Assembly (NCBI GenBank): GCA_035499255.1
Contig: DATJZF010000030.1
Location: 881 to 64,880 of the forward strand
Direction of reading: 5' to 3'
DNA length: 64,000 bases
Source of the DNA: Dongiaceae bacterium
GTDB lineage: Bacteria; Acidobacteriota; Terriglobia; Acidiferrales; UBA7541
Within the stretch, counting starts at the first letter, position 1, and each line of letters starts with the position of its first letter. The position numbers and the translations under genes are program-made. The notes under the pieces are model-generated. The model ran no database searches. It was given only the letters and a program-made list of their open reading frames with translations, and was not told the origin of the DNA. Positions 1-9,668 of this stretch are shown here, piece by piece.

Positions 1-113
1 ACCGATCGTGCCAATGTTCACGTGTGGCTTACTGCGCTCAAATTTCTCTTTCGCCATTTACGCTCATCCTTTGCGCAAACCGCCTTGCAACTCCCGGTTT
101 GCGCTCAAAACTC

Positions 114-188
114 TGGAGCGGGGGACGGGATTTGAACCCGCAACCATCACCTTGGAAGAGTGAGACTCTACCGTTGAGTTACCCCCGC
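114..188 (-). tRNA. tRNA-Gly(TCC)
   Basis: Reverse complement GCGGGGGTAACTCAACGGTAGAGT...TCACT-CTTCCAA-GGTGA...GGTTCAAATCC...CCA; cloverleaf with anticodon TCC. Confidence 0.95.
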
Positions 189-225
189 TCGAAACTCGCT
201 CTCACCCCACCGGAACCCGAAATTC

Positions 226-301
<76 letters not shown>

Positions 302-480
302 CGAATCCGATCCTCCGAAAAAAAATCCGCTCACGGCGGCGCACGATTTCTGTACGGCTCGTCTGCCGCTTTCCTGACCGCGTTCGAACATCGCGTCTGC
401 GATTATCCTGCGGTGCTGTTGCTCAACTGCCTGACTCTGCATCACCAGCCATGTCGCTGACCACGACCGCCGCTGATTCC

Positions 481-569
481 TGGTGGACGGGGAAGGATTC
501 GAACCTTCGTAGCCCGCAAGGAGCGGCAGATTTACAGTCTGCTGGTTTTAGCCACTCACCCACCCGTCC
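481..569 (-). tRNA. tRNA-Tyr(GTA)
   Basis: Reverse complement GGACGGGTGGGTGAGTGGCTAAAACCA-GCAGA-CTGTAAA-TCTGC, long variable arm, GGTTCGAATCC, CCA end. Confidence 0.96.
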
Positions 570-733
570 GCGGAATTCATCGACACAAACGGCGTGTCCC
601 AATTTTCTGAACCGAGCTGTGTTCTGGGAGCGGCGCACGCGAAAACACAAAATGGACTCGTGTCCAAAGACACCAGCCCTTTCATGTTATCATGCCGGGA
701 TTCGCTCCGCCTCACTCCCCTGCCAAAATCTGG

Positions 734-809
734 TGGAGCTGGCGGAGGGAATTGAACCCCCGACCCTCTGATTACAAATCAGATGCTCTACCAGCTGAGC
801 TACGCCAGC
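734..809 (-). tRNA. tRNA-Thr(TGT)
   Basis: Reverse complement GCTGGCGTAGCTCAGCTGGTAGAGCA-TCTGA-TTTGTAA-TCAGA...GGTTCAATTCC...CCA. Confidence 0.96.
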
Positions 810-1079
810 GCCGCTCAAACCGCACAAGAATAACAGATTAGGCACAGGAATTGCAAGGGGCCGAGAGGCGAAATCGCTCACCGGCCGCGAGGACCGTCTG
901 TGGAAAAATCGCCACAAAATGTTCGGCGGTCACACGCACGTATCTCCTTTATTACAAAGGGTGTAGATACAACCGCGCCGCTTAGCTAGGTCACAGAATT
1001 CACAACTTTCCACCGCGATTTTGTTTTCCATTCCGTGCGAGTCGCATTTCCGCCGAGGTCTCGACTGAGAAATGCGACA

Positions 1080-2129
1080 ATGGCCACGACTTCCATGAAT
1101 GCAAAGAACAAAGCAATCGGAGCTGCCGTTGCGACTCTGGTAATCGTTGGGGCAGCGCTCGGGTACTGGCGGTGGAGTTCCCGCGACGCGGACGCCAGCC
1201 GGGCTGAACTACTTTCACTAATGCCGGCGAACGGAAATGTTGTCCTATTTCTGGATCTCTCCTCGCTGCGCTCGTCGCCATTTTTAGCGCGGTTATTTGC
1301 GCTCGCACCTCAGCCGGCACAGGACAGCGACTACTCGCAATTTCTCCAGGCCACGGGGTTCAATTACGAACGCGATCTCGACCGAGTGGCCCTTTCGATC
1401 GATCGACAGCCGCAGACACAGACCGTTTTTGCCCTGGCTGAAGGACACTTCGACCGTAAGAAGATTGAGAGTTATGGCGCGCAATTCGGCGCTCTAAAGA
1501 CCGCGGACGGAAGAACAATCTTCGCAGTACCCACAGATCATTTGGCTCACAAAGTGTATTTTACGTTCCTGCGTGACGACCGCGTCGCGTGGGCGAACGA
1601 TTCGTCTTACTTTTTTCAACCCGCTGCGAAGGCAGGCTGGGCGGATTGGCGTGAACACTTTTCGCGGGTGGCAGGGACGCCTGTTTTCGTAATTCTGCGG
1701 CAGGACGCCGGGGCGGCGAACGCGCTGGCAGAAGCGCCGGGTGGTTTGCGTTCACCGCAACTCGCCACATTGCTCAGTCAGCTGCAATGGATTTCCATCG
1801 GCGGCAAGCCGGAAGGAAATCTGCTGCGAGTCGTCGCCGACGGCGAAGCGGCCAGCGAGAACACGACGCATCAGCTCAAAGAACTGCTCAGCGGACTGGT
1901 AGCGATAGCGCAGATAGGACTGAACGATGTGAAATTGCGGAAACAGCTTGACCCGGACCTGCGGCAGGGTTATATCGACCTCCTAAACGCGGCGGAGATC
2001 CAGCAATTGGATCGGGGCGCCAGCAAATCGGTGCGAGTGATTTTCGATATTACGCCCAAGCTGTTAGAAGCGGCCACGCACAGCAACACTAGTGACGGGA
2101 CAGCCGGGGCAAACGTACATTCGCGCTAA
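1080..2129 (+). CDS. Membrane-anchored/exported hypothetical protein
   Basis: Long ORF with one N-terminal hydrophobic helix (AIGAAVATLVIVGAALGYW); start re-picked at ATG 1080 (1095 possible). Confidence 0.7.
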   Translation: MATTSMNAKNKAIGAAVATLVIVGAALGYWRWSSRDADASRAELLSLMPANGNVVLFLDLSSLRSSPFLARLFALAPQPAQDSDYSQFLQATGFNYERDLDRVALSIDRQPQTQTVFALAEGHFDRKKIESYGAQFGALKTADGRTIFAVPTDHLAHKVYFTFLRDDRVAWANDSSYFFQPAAKAGWADWREHFSRVAGTPVFVILRQDAGAANALAEAPGGLRSPQLATLLSQLQWISIGGKPEGNLLRVVADGEAASENTTHQLKELLSGLVAIAQIGLNDVKLRKQLDPDLRQGYIDLLNAAEIQQLDRGASKSVRVIFDITPKLLEAATHSNTSDGTAGANVHSR

Positions 2130-2153
2130 AGCCAAATACAAATTGAGGAAGGA

Positions 2154-3041
2154 TCAATCTCCGATAACCGGAGTGGTCTTCATGTAACGCCACGGATTCA
2201 CGGGCGCGTTATTGACACGCACTTCATAGTGGACATGAGGGCCGGTGGAGCGGCCGCTGATACCGGTAAAGCCGATGACCTCTCCGCGCTTGACGTGCGC
2301 GCCAGACATCACGCTGAACGACGAGAGATGCGCGTAGAAGGTAGTGATTCCGAAACCGTGGTCCACAACGACGAGACGGCCGTAGCCGCTATGGTTTTCC
2401 GCAACGGTGACCACACCATCCGCGGTAACATGCACAGGCGCGCCGTAATCGGCACTGACGTCGACTCCAGTATGGAACGCGCCTTCACCCGAGAACGGAT
2501 CCAGGCGTTCACCGAAGCCGTCGGAAATATGTCCCATCACAGGCCAGATCGAAGGCGTGTAGTTAGACTCGGCAAAAGCCATCGCTGGAAGGAGCCGGAG
2601 CCCCGAGGAAGCACTCGCAATGACAAAAGCGTTTCGCTTCAGGAAAGAATACTGTTCCACGGAACGGTCGAAGGCATCTTCCGGTGTGACTGAGCTGTCT
2701 GTCTGATCGAACGCCGCCGGATGGTAACGCAGCACGCCATAAGTCATGGCGACTTCGGTGGCCAGAGACTGCAAGGAATCGAGGCGCTGGTTGGTGTCTT
2801 TTACGGTGGACTGAAGGTCGCGATACTGTTTTTTGAGGGTTTCCTGGTCATGCCGCAGCGCGTTGTAGTTGCCCACTTTCCAGAGCATACGGCTGTAAGA
2901 CCCGACCGCAGCAACGACAGTGATGCTGCCGATGATTGCAAGAGCCGCTAGCCCGTGGAGAACGTATGCGGGCACAATCATCTTGCGGAGCTTCCCGGGC
3001 GTCGAAGCAATATAAAATGTGTAATTCTTGCTGCTGATCAT
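2154..3041 (-). CDS. M23 family metallopeptidase (peptidoglycan endopeptidase) with TM helix and coiled coil
   Basis: HTGVD (HxxxD), YAHL and TGPHVHYEV motifs; start re-picked at ATG 3041 behind a GAGGGG RBS. Confidence 0.92.
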   Translation of the reverse strand: MISSKNYTFYIASTPGKLRKMIVPAYVLHGLAALAIIGSITVVAAVGSYSRMLWKVGNYNALRHDQETLKKQYRDLQSTVKDTNQRLDSLQSLATEVAMTYGVLRYHPAAFDQTDSSVTPEDAFDRSVEQYSFLKRNAFVIASASSGLRLLPAMAFAESNYTPSIWPVMGHISDGFGERLDPFSGEGAFHTGVDVSADYGAPVHVTADGVVTVAENHSGYGRLVVVDHGFGITTFYAHLSSFSVMSGAHVKRGEVIGFTGISGRSTGPHVHYEVRVNNAPVNPWRYMKTTPVIGD

Positions 3042-3282
3042 TGGCCCCTCAGGCCATGCTAGTGCTTTAAGTAACGTGCCCAACTTGAAGTGCGGTTCCG
3101 TCGTACCCTGTGCCCGCACATGCCGAAGACCGTTTCAGGTATGAACCGTGAGCCTTGGTTCGTCATTGGGAATACTAAAATTTGTAACAACGGGAGTCAA
3201 CCCTGTATTTTCCGTTTTTGGGACAGCGGTGGGAAAACTGTCCCCTGTCCGTTTGGGCAGTGTGCGCTAGGATGGCTACAGA

Positions 3283-4269
3283 ATGAAGAGCTTGCGCAAC
3301 GAAAATGACTTGGTGCGCCGTATCGCAAAGAGATTCGAACGATCCGCTTCGGGGACGCTTCGCTTGGGGCTGGACGACGACACGGCGCTCTGGCAGCCCC
3401 GTCCGGGCTATGAGACGGTGCTGACCTGCGACTGGTTTCTAGAGGATTCCCACTTCATCCGAGACAAGCATCCTGCAGATGCGGTGGGGTGGAAATGCCT
3501 GGCGCGGGCCGTCAGCGACATCGCCGCGATGGGAGGAGAGCCACGATGTTTCCTGCTGAGCCTGGCGTTGCCCATGGAACTGGCTGGGAAATGGTTCGAG
3601 GGATTCCTTCGCGGGTTGCGTCGCGCGTCGACGGCCTTGCGATGCGAATTGGCGGGTGGGGACACAACTCGGGAGGAGCGCGTACTGATCAGCATTGCGG
3701 TTATCGGTGAGGTGAAGCGCGGACGCGCGATACTCCGCTCGGGTGCAAAACCGGACGACCTTCTCTTTGTCACAGGAACGCTCGGAGAAGCGGCCCTGGG
3801 TCTAAGCCTGCTGAAGGACAGTATGAGTGAAGACCGCAAAGCACGCGGAACTCTACGACGGCACCTCTACCCCGAACCAAAGATTCAGTTGGGTCAGCTG
3901 TTGGGAAGCAAGGGTTTGGCCACCGCGATGATTGATGTTTCGGACGGATTGTCGAGCGATGTGGCCCGGCTCTGTGAGGCGAGTGGTGTGGGTGCAGTGA
4001 TTGCCCGAAATGCCTTGCCACGACCGAAGGGAATCCCAGAAGCGGAAGCAGTACGGCTAGCGCTTCACGGCGGCGATGATTACGAGCTTCTCTTCACAGT
4101 GAGACCGAATCAGATACGACGTTTCAAGAAGAGCCTGAGACGATTCGGGGACCTGCCGGTCTCTCTCATCGGAGGAATTACCAAAGATACGGCATTAAGG
4201 CTCGTGAATGATGAAGGAATGACGGAAGAGCTTTCACCCTCGGGCTGGGATCCGTTTCGAAACAAATAA
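3283..4269 (+). CDS. thiL: Thiamine-monophosphate kinase
   Basis: DDTA, SDIAAMGG, GGDTT, IDVSDGL and GGDDYEL motifs. Confidence 0.95.
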   Translation: MKSLRNENDLVRRIAKRFERSASGTLRLGLDDDTALWQPRPGYETVLTCDWFLEDSHFIRDKHPADAVGWKCLARAVSDIAAMGGEPRCFLLSLALPMELAGKWFEGFLRGLRRASTALRCELAGGDTTREERVLISIAVIGEVKRGRAILRSGAKPDDLLFVTGTLGEAALGLSLLKDSMSEDRKARGTLRRHLYPEPKIQLGQLLGSKGLATAMIDVSDGLSSDVARLCEASGVGAVIARNALPRPKGIPEAEAVRLALHGGDDYELLFTVRPNQIRRFKKSLRRFGDLPVSLIGGITKDTALRLVNDEGMTEELSPSGWDPFRNK

Positions 4270-4275
4270 TTGAAA

Positions 4276-6588
4276 CTACCGCTGCTGCGTGGTGTTTGAT
4301 GAGGGAGGGGCTCCGACGGGAGCAACGGCGGGAATTGGCGTAGGTTTCGGTTTTGCGCTGGGAGCTTCGTCTTCAGGAGCTGTATCGGGCACATCGGTAT
4401 GGACGTGGTGCTCCTCGGCTTGAATTTCGAGGGGAACCACGTTGGCAAATTCGACGGCGGGCATCGTACCCATGCCCTTCTCAATGAATTCCATCCAGAT
4501 GGGAAGAGCGGCTTGCGCTCCGGTCTCCCGCTTACCGAGAGAAATTTGCTTATCGTCGAAGCCGACCCAAACACCGGCAGTAAGTTGCGCGGTGAAACCT
4601 AGGAACCATGCGTCGGTGAAATCCTGCGTGGTACCAGTCTTGCCGCCCGCTGGCCGGCCAATGTTCTTCGCTTTGATGGCGGTGCCAAATTGCACCACAT
4701 CCATGAGCATCGCAGTCATGGTGCGCGCAGTTTCGGGCGAGAGCACGTCGTGAACCTCGGGGTGCGCTTCTTCGAGCAACGCGCCGTCGTAGCTGGTGAC
4801 GCGACGAATCATGTGCGGATCGATGCGGATGCCGTCGTTGGGATAAACGGTGAAGGCAGAGACGTGTTCCACGAGCCTCATGTCGGCGGCGCCGAGGGCG
4901 AGCGGCAGGTACGGCGGGAGGGGGGTGCTGATGCCGAAACGGCGAGCCATATCGACGACAGAGTTGATGCCGACTTTTTCGGCGAGTTTTACCGCAGGAA
5001 TATTGCGTGAACCGGCCAGAGCGCGGCGGAGGGTGATGGTGCCTTCAAACTTCTCGTCGTAGTTGTGCGGGGAGTATGGTTTCCCGCCGCTGGTCACCGT
5101 GAACGGCAGGTCGACAATCGTGTCGAACGGGGATGAGCCCTTTTCGATCGCGGTGGAATAGACATAAGGTTTGAACGAACTGCCAACCTGGCGAACCGCT
5201 TGCGTAGCGCGATTGAACTTCGAATCTTCGAAACTGTAGCCGCCCACCATAGCTTTGATTTCGCCCGTGGGATTGTCTATGGCAATCATGGCGGCCTGAG
5301 GGGCGGGCTGCTGCTCGAGCTGCACGCGAGCGGTCGTTTCGCGAAGTTCCTGAATGGAAAACTGGGCCAGGTCGCCGACGGACAGGATTGCGGTGGGCTT
5401 TTTCTCGCCGGTCCAGGCGATTTCGGATGGAGAAAGAATCGCACGGTAGGAGCCGATCTTGATGGTGGCACTTTTGTCGTCGACAGCCAGCACCAAGCCT
5501 GTGACATAACTCCCTTTGTCGATGGGATGGCGCCAGTCCTCGTCTTCGTAAGTATCGAGCTTGCCCAGATTGTCTTTCAGGATATTGGGCAGCTTGCCGC
5601 GCCAGCCGTGGCGGCGATCGTAGGTGTGCAGCCCATCGCGGATGGCCTGATTGGCAGCGCGCTGCATTTGAATATTGAGCGTCGTATAAACGCGTAAACC
5701 GCGCTCGTGGACCGCTTCCGTGCCGTACGTGGTTTCAAGGTACTTGCGGATATCTTCGAAGAAATAAGGCGCAAGATCATTGCGCGGATATTGCAGGTGC
5801 AAACCGAGCGGAGACTTCTTGGCGGCCTCTTCTTCGGCGGGGGTGATCTTCCCTTCTTCCATCATTTGGCGAAGGACGAGATTGCGACGCGCAAGCGCAC
5901 GAGCAGGATCGGCAAGCGGTGAGTAGATTGGCCCGCGAATCATTCCGGCGAGGAGCGCGGCCTGCTGAAGATTCAGGTCGGTGACAGGCTTGCCGAAATA
6001 GAATTGTGCGGCTGACGCAAAGCCGTAGTTACCATGCGCCAGGTAAACCTGATTGGCATACATGGTGAAAATTTGCGGCTTTGTGTAACGGCGCTCAATC
6101 TGCAGGGCGAGGAGCATTTCTTGCGCCTTGCGCCGGAAGCTGCGCTCGCTGCGGTCGAGAAAGAGATTCCCGGCGAGCTGCATGGTGATGGTGCTGGCGC
6201 CTTCGGCCTTGCGATGCTTTAGGATGTTGCGGTAAGCAGCGCCCGCCACACGCGGAAAATCCACGCCCCAGTGGTCTTCAAAGTGCTGGTCCTCGATGGC
6301 GGTAACCGCATTGTACAGAACCTTCGGCACCTGTTCCCAAGTCATCAGGATACGGCGTTGCAAGGCGAAACTGCCGATGAGTTGGCCGTCATCAGCATAG
6401 ATTTCCGTGACCACGTTCGGGCGGTAAGTTTCCAGTTGGCGAATTTCGGGAAGATCGCTTTCGTAGACGAACAGAAGCCCGGCGGCCGCACCTAGCGCGA
6501 TGGAGCAAAGAAGCAGAAACGCGAGTGCCACGCGATCGATCAATTTCCAACCGCGCAGCCGCAATGTGATGGGAGGAAGCGAAAGCAT
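4276..6588 (-). CDS. mrcA: Class A penicillin-binding protein 1A (transglycosylase/transpeptidase)
   Basis: EDQHF, GASTITMQL and RKAQE glycosyltransferase motifs; SSFK, SRN and KTG transpeptidase motifs. Confidence 0.93.
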   Translation of the reverse strand: MLSLPPITLRLRGWKLIDRVALAFLLLCSIALGAAAGLLFVYESDLPEIRQLETYRPNVVTEIYADDGQLIGSFALQRRILMTWEQVPKVLYNAVTAIEDQHFEDHWGVDFPRVAGAAYRNILKHRKAEGASTITMQLAGNLFLDRSERSFRRKAQEMLLALQIERRYTKPQIFTMYANQVYLAHGNYGFASAAQFYFGKPVTDLNLQQAALLAGMIRGPIYSPLADPARALARRNLVLRQMMEEGKITPAEEEAAKKSPLGLHLQYPRNDLAPYFFEDIRKYLETTYGTEAVHERGLRVYTTLNIQMQRAANQAIRDGLHTYDRRHGWRGKLPNILKDNLGKLDTYEDEDWRHPIDKGSYVTGLVLAVDDKSATIKIGSYRAILSPSEIAWTGEKKPTAILSVGDLAQFSIQELRETTARVQLEQQPAPQAAMIAIDNPTGEIKAMVGGYSFEDSKFNRATQAVRQVGSSFKPYVYSTAIEKGSSPFDTIVDLPFTVTSGGKPYSPHNYDEKFEGTITLRRALAGSRNIPAVKLAEKVGINSVVDMARRFGISTPLPPYLPLALGAADMRLVEHVSAFTVYPNDGIRIDPHMIRRVTSYDGALLEEAHPEVHDVLSPETARTMTAMLMDVVQFGTAIKAKNIGRPAGGKTGTTQDFTDAWFLGFTAQLTAGVWVGFDDKQISLGKRETGAQAALPIWMEFIEKGMGTMPAVEFANVVPLEIQAEEHHVHTDVPDTAPEDEAPSAKPKPTPIPAVAPVGAPPSSNTTQQR

Positions 6589-6741
6589 CCGCCAACTATT
6601 CTAACGCAGAACGAAAGAGGACCAACCGGCTCCTGAAAGGACAAATTTATTTTTTGGCCACAAGCGAAAAAGCGACGCTGGAGTTGACTGGGTAGATTTT
6701 AGATACTTAGTCGTAGGCGCAACAGCTTCAGAAAGAGCCCA

Positions 6742-7215
6742 ATGGTCCTCCTCCTTTTTGTCCTCTCATTTAGTTTGGCACTTGGCGTGGCCTGGGGAAT
6801 GGGCCGCATCTGCCGCGATGTATCAGAACCGTTTTTGTGCCGGTTTTTCGCCCAGCATCCTAGTTTGCTGGCGGCAAAATACCTGCAATTCATCGTGATC
6901 GTAGTGGGAGTCATCAGCGGCGCCCGCATTCGCTTGTTGGAAGACTATGCAGGTGCGCCGTCGTGGAATCAGCCCGAATTGTCGCAGCAATTAACACCGG
7001 AGTTCTGGGCGGTGGCGCTGTACCACACCTTCATTGATACGTTATTGGGAATCCTCTGGCTATTGGTCGCGCTCAGCTTCCTGACAGGAATGACGTATTT
7101 TTTCGCCCGCCGCTCGAAGATGGCGCGGCTGCTTTCGGAACGTGAGCGGGAACGGATCGCGCCTGCCGAACCATCCCAGCACCCTGCCACGCCGGCGCGG
7201 CGGATGTTGGAGTAG
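6742..7215 (+). CDS. Hypothetical membrane protein (about 3 TM helices)
   Basis: ORF filling the intergenic gap, with three hydrophobic segments. Confidence 0.65.
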   Translation: MVLLLFVLSFSLALGVAWGMGRICRDVSEPFLCRFFAQHPSLLAAKYLQFIVIVVGVISGARIRLLEDYAGAPSWNQPELSQQLTPEFWAVALYHTFIDTLLGILWLLVALSFLTGMTYFFARRSKMARLLSERERERIAPAEPSQHPATPARRMLE

Positions 7216-7218
7216 GTT

Positions 7219-7794
7219 CTAAACAGCCGAATAGTATTTCTCGCCGGCGCAGGCCCGACAGAGAGTGCGACCCTCGCGGATTACTTCGCGCCTGAAGTTG
7301 ACACCTTCGCCACACTCAGCGCAGACCACGCGCGCTCCTTTGAATCCGGGCAGATCCTCAGGTTGAACCTCGACCTTTACACTTTCCTTGGAAAACAGAA
7401 TGTCATCGGGAAGTTGCGCGTAGGCCCTCTGCTGGCCTTCTTCCTTGGGCAGTTCGGGAAACATTTCTTTGGCAACTTGTTTGGAGGATTCTCTCGCGGC
7501 GATGCGAATCGCGCGGCCGGTTTGCAGATCGCAGAAGGTGGCCGCCACCTTGCCCCAGTCGCGAAACTTGAGCGCCCGCTTGCCTAGCCGGCAATTCGCG
7601 ACCAGCGCCACAGCATCGGTAACGCAGCGATCGATTTCGACATAGGTCACGAGGCGCTTGCGTTCCGCGATGGGATCGTGAATGCCGAGTTCCTTCAGTC
7701 CACACATGGCCAGACGTACGCCGAGCACTTGGCCGGCGCAGATGTGGCCGTGGGCGACGGCGGCGAGGTCAAGATATTCGGAAAGGGTTTTCAC
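7219..7794 (-). CDS. FmdE family protein with C-terminal C4 zinc finger
   Basis: HGHICAG, CVTDA and GK motifs; CAEC...CRAC finger; GTG start at 7794. Confidence 0.88.
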   Translation of the reverse strand: MKTLSEYLDLAAVAHGHICAGQVLGVRLAMCGLKELGIHDPIAERKRLVTYVEIDRCVTDAVALVANCRLGKRALKFRDWGKVAATFCDLQTGRAIRIAARESSKQVAKEMFPELPKEEGQQRAYAQLPDDILFSKESVKVEVQPEDLPGFKGARVVCAECGEGVNFRREVIREGRTLCRACAGEKYYSAV

Positions 7795-7906
7795 GGGGCA
7801 ATTGTACCGCAGCAGTGGTCGCTGGCGGGAGCGGGGCCCCCTTCGTTGGTCGGTCAACCATAAAGATCGGCCGCAACAGCGCGAGCAGAGCCTCTCGCAC
7901 TCCAAA

Positions 7907-8434
7907 TCAGGCGTGAGATTTTTCAGCGGCCGCCCAAGGGTGGGGTTGGCGGGATTGCTGGAAAGAGAAAACGGTCATGAGCATTGCCAGTAACAGCATG
8001 GCGCAATCTTCGAGAATTTTCTTTACACTGACTGGTTCTGCGATCGCAAAGCACCCGCAATTGATGTTCATATGAAGCAGATAAGCGCGCGTGACGCCGA
8101 AAACGAAACCTGCCAGCAGCAGCGTGACGATCGTGCCCCAGATATGCAATCGCCAGCCAATCAAAAGCAGCAAACCCAAAAGAATTTCCGCGAACGGCAG
8201 GGTGTGCGACACGAAGTTGACTCCCGCAGGTGGAAGCAGTTTGTATGAGTCGACCTGGAAACCAAAATTCGAAAGATTGGCGGCGATACTGAACTTCAAC
8301 ATCGGCAACGGCCAATAAAAGTGATTCGGCAAGAACGTCTTGGAGTAGCCCGCGTAGATGAAAATGGGACCGAGGACAAGACGACCGAGCCAAATAATAA
8401 TTCGCCGCAAGTTAAACGGGGCGGACTCCATCAT
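7907..8434 (-). CDS. MauE/DoxX family redox-associated membrane protein
   Basis: About 4 TM helices, LPFAEILLG and NCGCF motifs. Confidence 0.85.
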   Translation of the reverse strand: MMESAPFNLRRIIIWLGRLVLGPIFIYAGYSKTFLPNHFYWPLPMLKFSIAANLSNFGFQVDSYKLLPPAGVNFVSHTLPFAEILLGLLLLIGWRLHIWGTIVTLLLAGFVFGVTRAYLLHMNINCGCFAIAEPVSVKKILEDCAMLLLAMLMTVFSFQQSRQPHPWAAAEKSHA

Positions 8435-8450
8435 GAGAATCTCCGCGGAA

Positions 8451-9185
8451 CTACTTGGCGACCTGCTCCAGCAACGTCTTCAACACATCGTAGCTCACAT
8501 AGCCCACAACGGGATAGGACTGGCCGTCCTTCGTGTGAATGATCGAGGTCGGCGTCTGGTTAACGGGAACAGCCTGGCCGAATTGCACATCCTTCTGGAT
8601 TAGCGGCTCCAGCGCCTTGCTATCTACCAGCGCCTGCACCTTCTTCATGTCCGCTGGGCTCAGAACTGACGCCACCGTACCCTTCACATCGCCGTTCTGT
8701 TCCCATCGCTCCTGGTTCTGGAACAACGCTTGTTCGACCACTTCGCATTTTCCGATGTGCGCCGCGGCACGGGAGTAGCTCGACGCGACCCTGGAATACG
8801 CGTGCATCTGCAGCGGGAAGTCCCGGTGAACCAGATAGACCTTGTTGGTGTTGACGTAGTTATCCATGACACGCTGCGTCGTCGTGGTAAAGAGCTGCCT
8901 GCATGCGGGGCATTGAAAGTCACTGTAAATCTCCATCACCACCGACGCGTTCTTGTTACCGAAGGCCTTGTTCGGGTCAATGTCGTTGACGCCGTCGACA
9001 GAAATGGTGGCCAAGCTCACCTGCGGTGTGGCTTGGGCTGCCGAGGAAGCCGTTGGCGCCGACTTCGCCGCTAGCGATTTCTTCGTAGAGGCCGTTTGCG
9101 CGTGAGGAGCGGCCAGCACGATCAAGGTGCCACTCAGGCCGAGAGCGAGGGCAGCAACTAAGGCAAGAATCAAGCGGCGATTCAC
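8451..9185 (-). CDS. DsbA family thiol-disulfide oxidoreductase
   Basis: Signal peptide, YSDFQCPAC, DFPL..H and QTPT; GTG start at 9185 behind GGAGG. Confidence 0.9.
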   Translation of the reverse strand: MNRRLILALVAALALGLSGTLIVLAAPHAQTASTKKSLAAKSAPTASSAAQATPQVSLATISVDGVNDIDPNKAFGNKNASVVMEIYSDFQCPACRQLFTTTTQRVMDNYVNTNKVYLVHRDFPLQMHAYSRVASSYSRAAAHIGKCEVVEQALFQNQERWEQNGDVKGTVASVLSPADMKKVQALVDSKALEPLIQKDVQFGQAVPVNQTPTSIIHTKDGQSYPVVGYVSYDVLKTLLEQVAK

Positions 9186-9485
9186 GAAGTCCTCCAAGGC
9201 AAAGTGTGTGATTGACGCGAAAAGCTCGCCAAAGTATAGCAGGTTCGGACAGTCCAAAATTTCGGCAACTCCGGAGGGTTGCGTGAATCGAAAAGGATAG
9301 TGGGCATCGGCCGGGCTGGCGCCCCGGAGACCAAAGGCGCCAGAAGGTTAGTTGGCGCCGAGGGGAAGAGGGGTTATCCCGGGGTGAGTTGTGGTGAGTT
9401 GTCCTGGGGTGAGAAGTGGACGAGGCCGAGGGTCGCCATCCTGTACTGATTTGAAGAATATATACTTACATACATTATCAAGTAT

Positions 9486-9506
9486 CTTGACAATATCACA
9501 CTCAAG
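9486..9506. promoter_or_regulatory. HAIR operator (HspR-associated inverted repeat)
   Basis: CTTGACA-N7-ACTCAAG versus consensus CTTGAGT-N7-ACTCAAG; overlaps the -35 box; hspR is in the same operon. Confidence 0.8.
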
Positions 9507-9515
9507 TTGTATAGT
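9487..9515 (+). promoter_or_regulatory. Sigma70-type promoter of the dnaK operon
   Basis: TTGACA (9487-9492), 17 nt spacer, TATAGT (9510-9515). Confidence 0.85.
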
Positions 9516-9668
9516 GACTTCCGCATTGCGCAATCGACTGGGCTCGCCAAGCGCAGCTTCGCGAGTTTGGATGGGCTGAAGGGCGAACGCGGTTACTCCG
9601 ACCACTCCGACAACTTCAGGGTAGCCCGCAACGGATTTTCGGCTGAACAGCTAAAAAGGAAGGTAGAC

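Noticed and set aside
9360-9420. G-rich short repeats (GGTGAGTTGT twice) upstream of the dnaK promoter
   Set aside because: Only 2-3 degenerate copies with no spacers; not a CRISPR array, and no convincing ORF.
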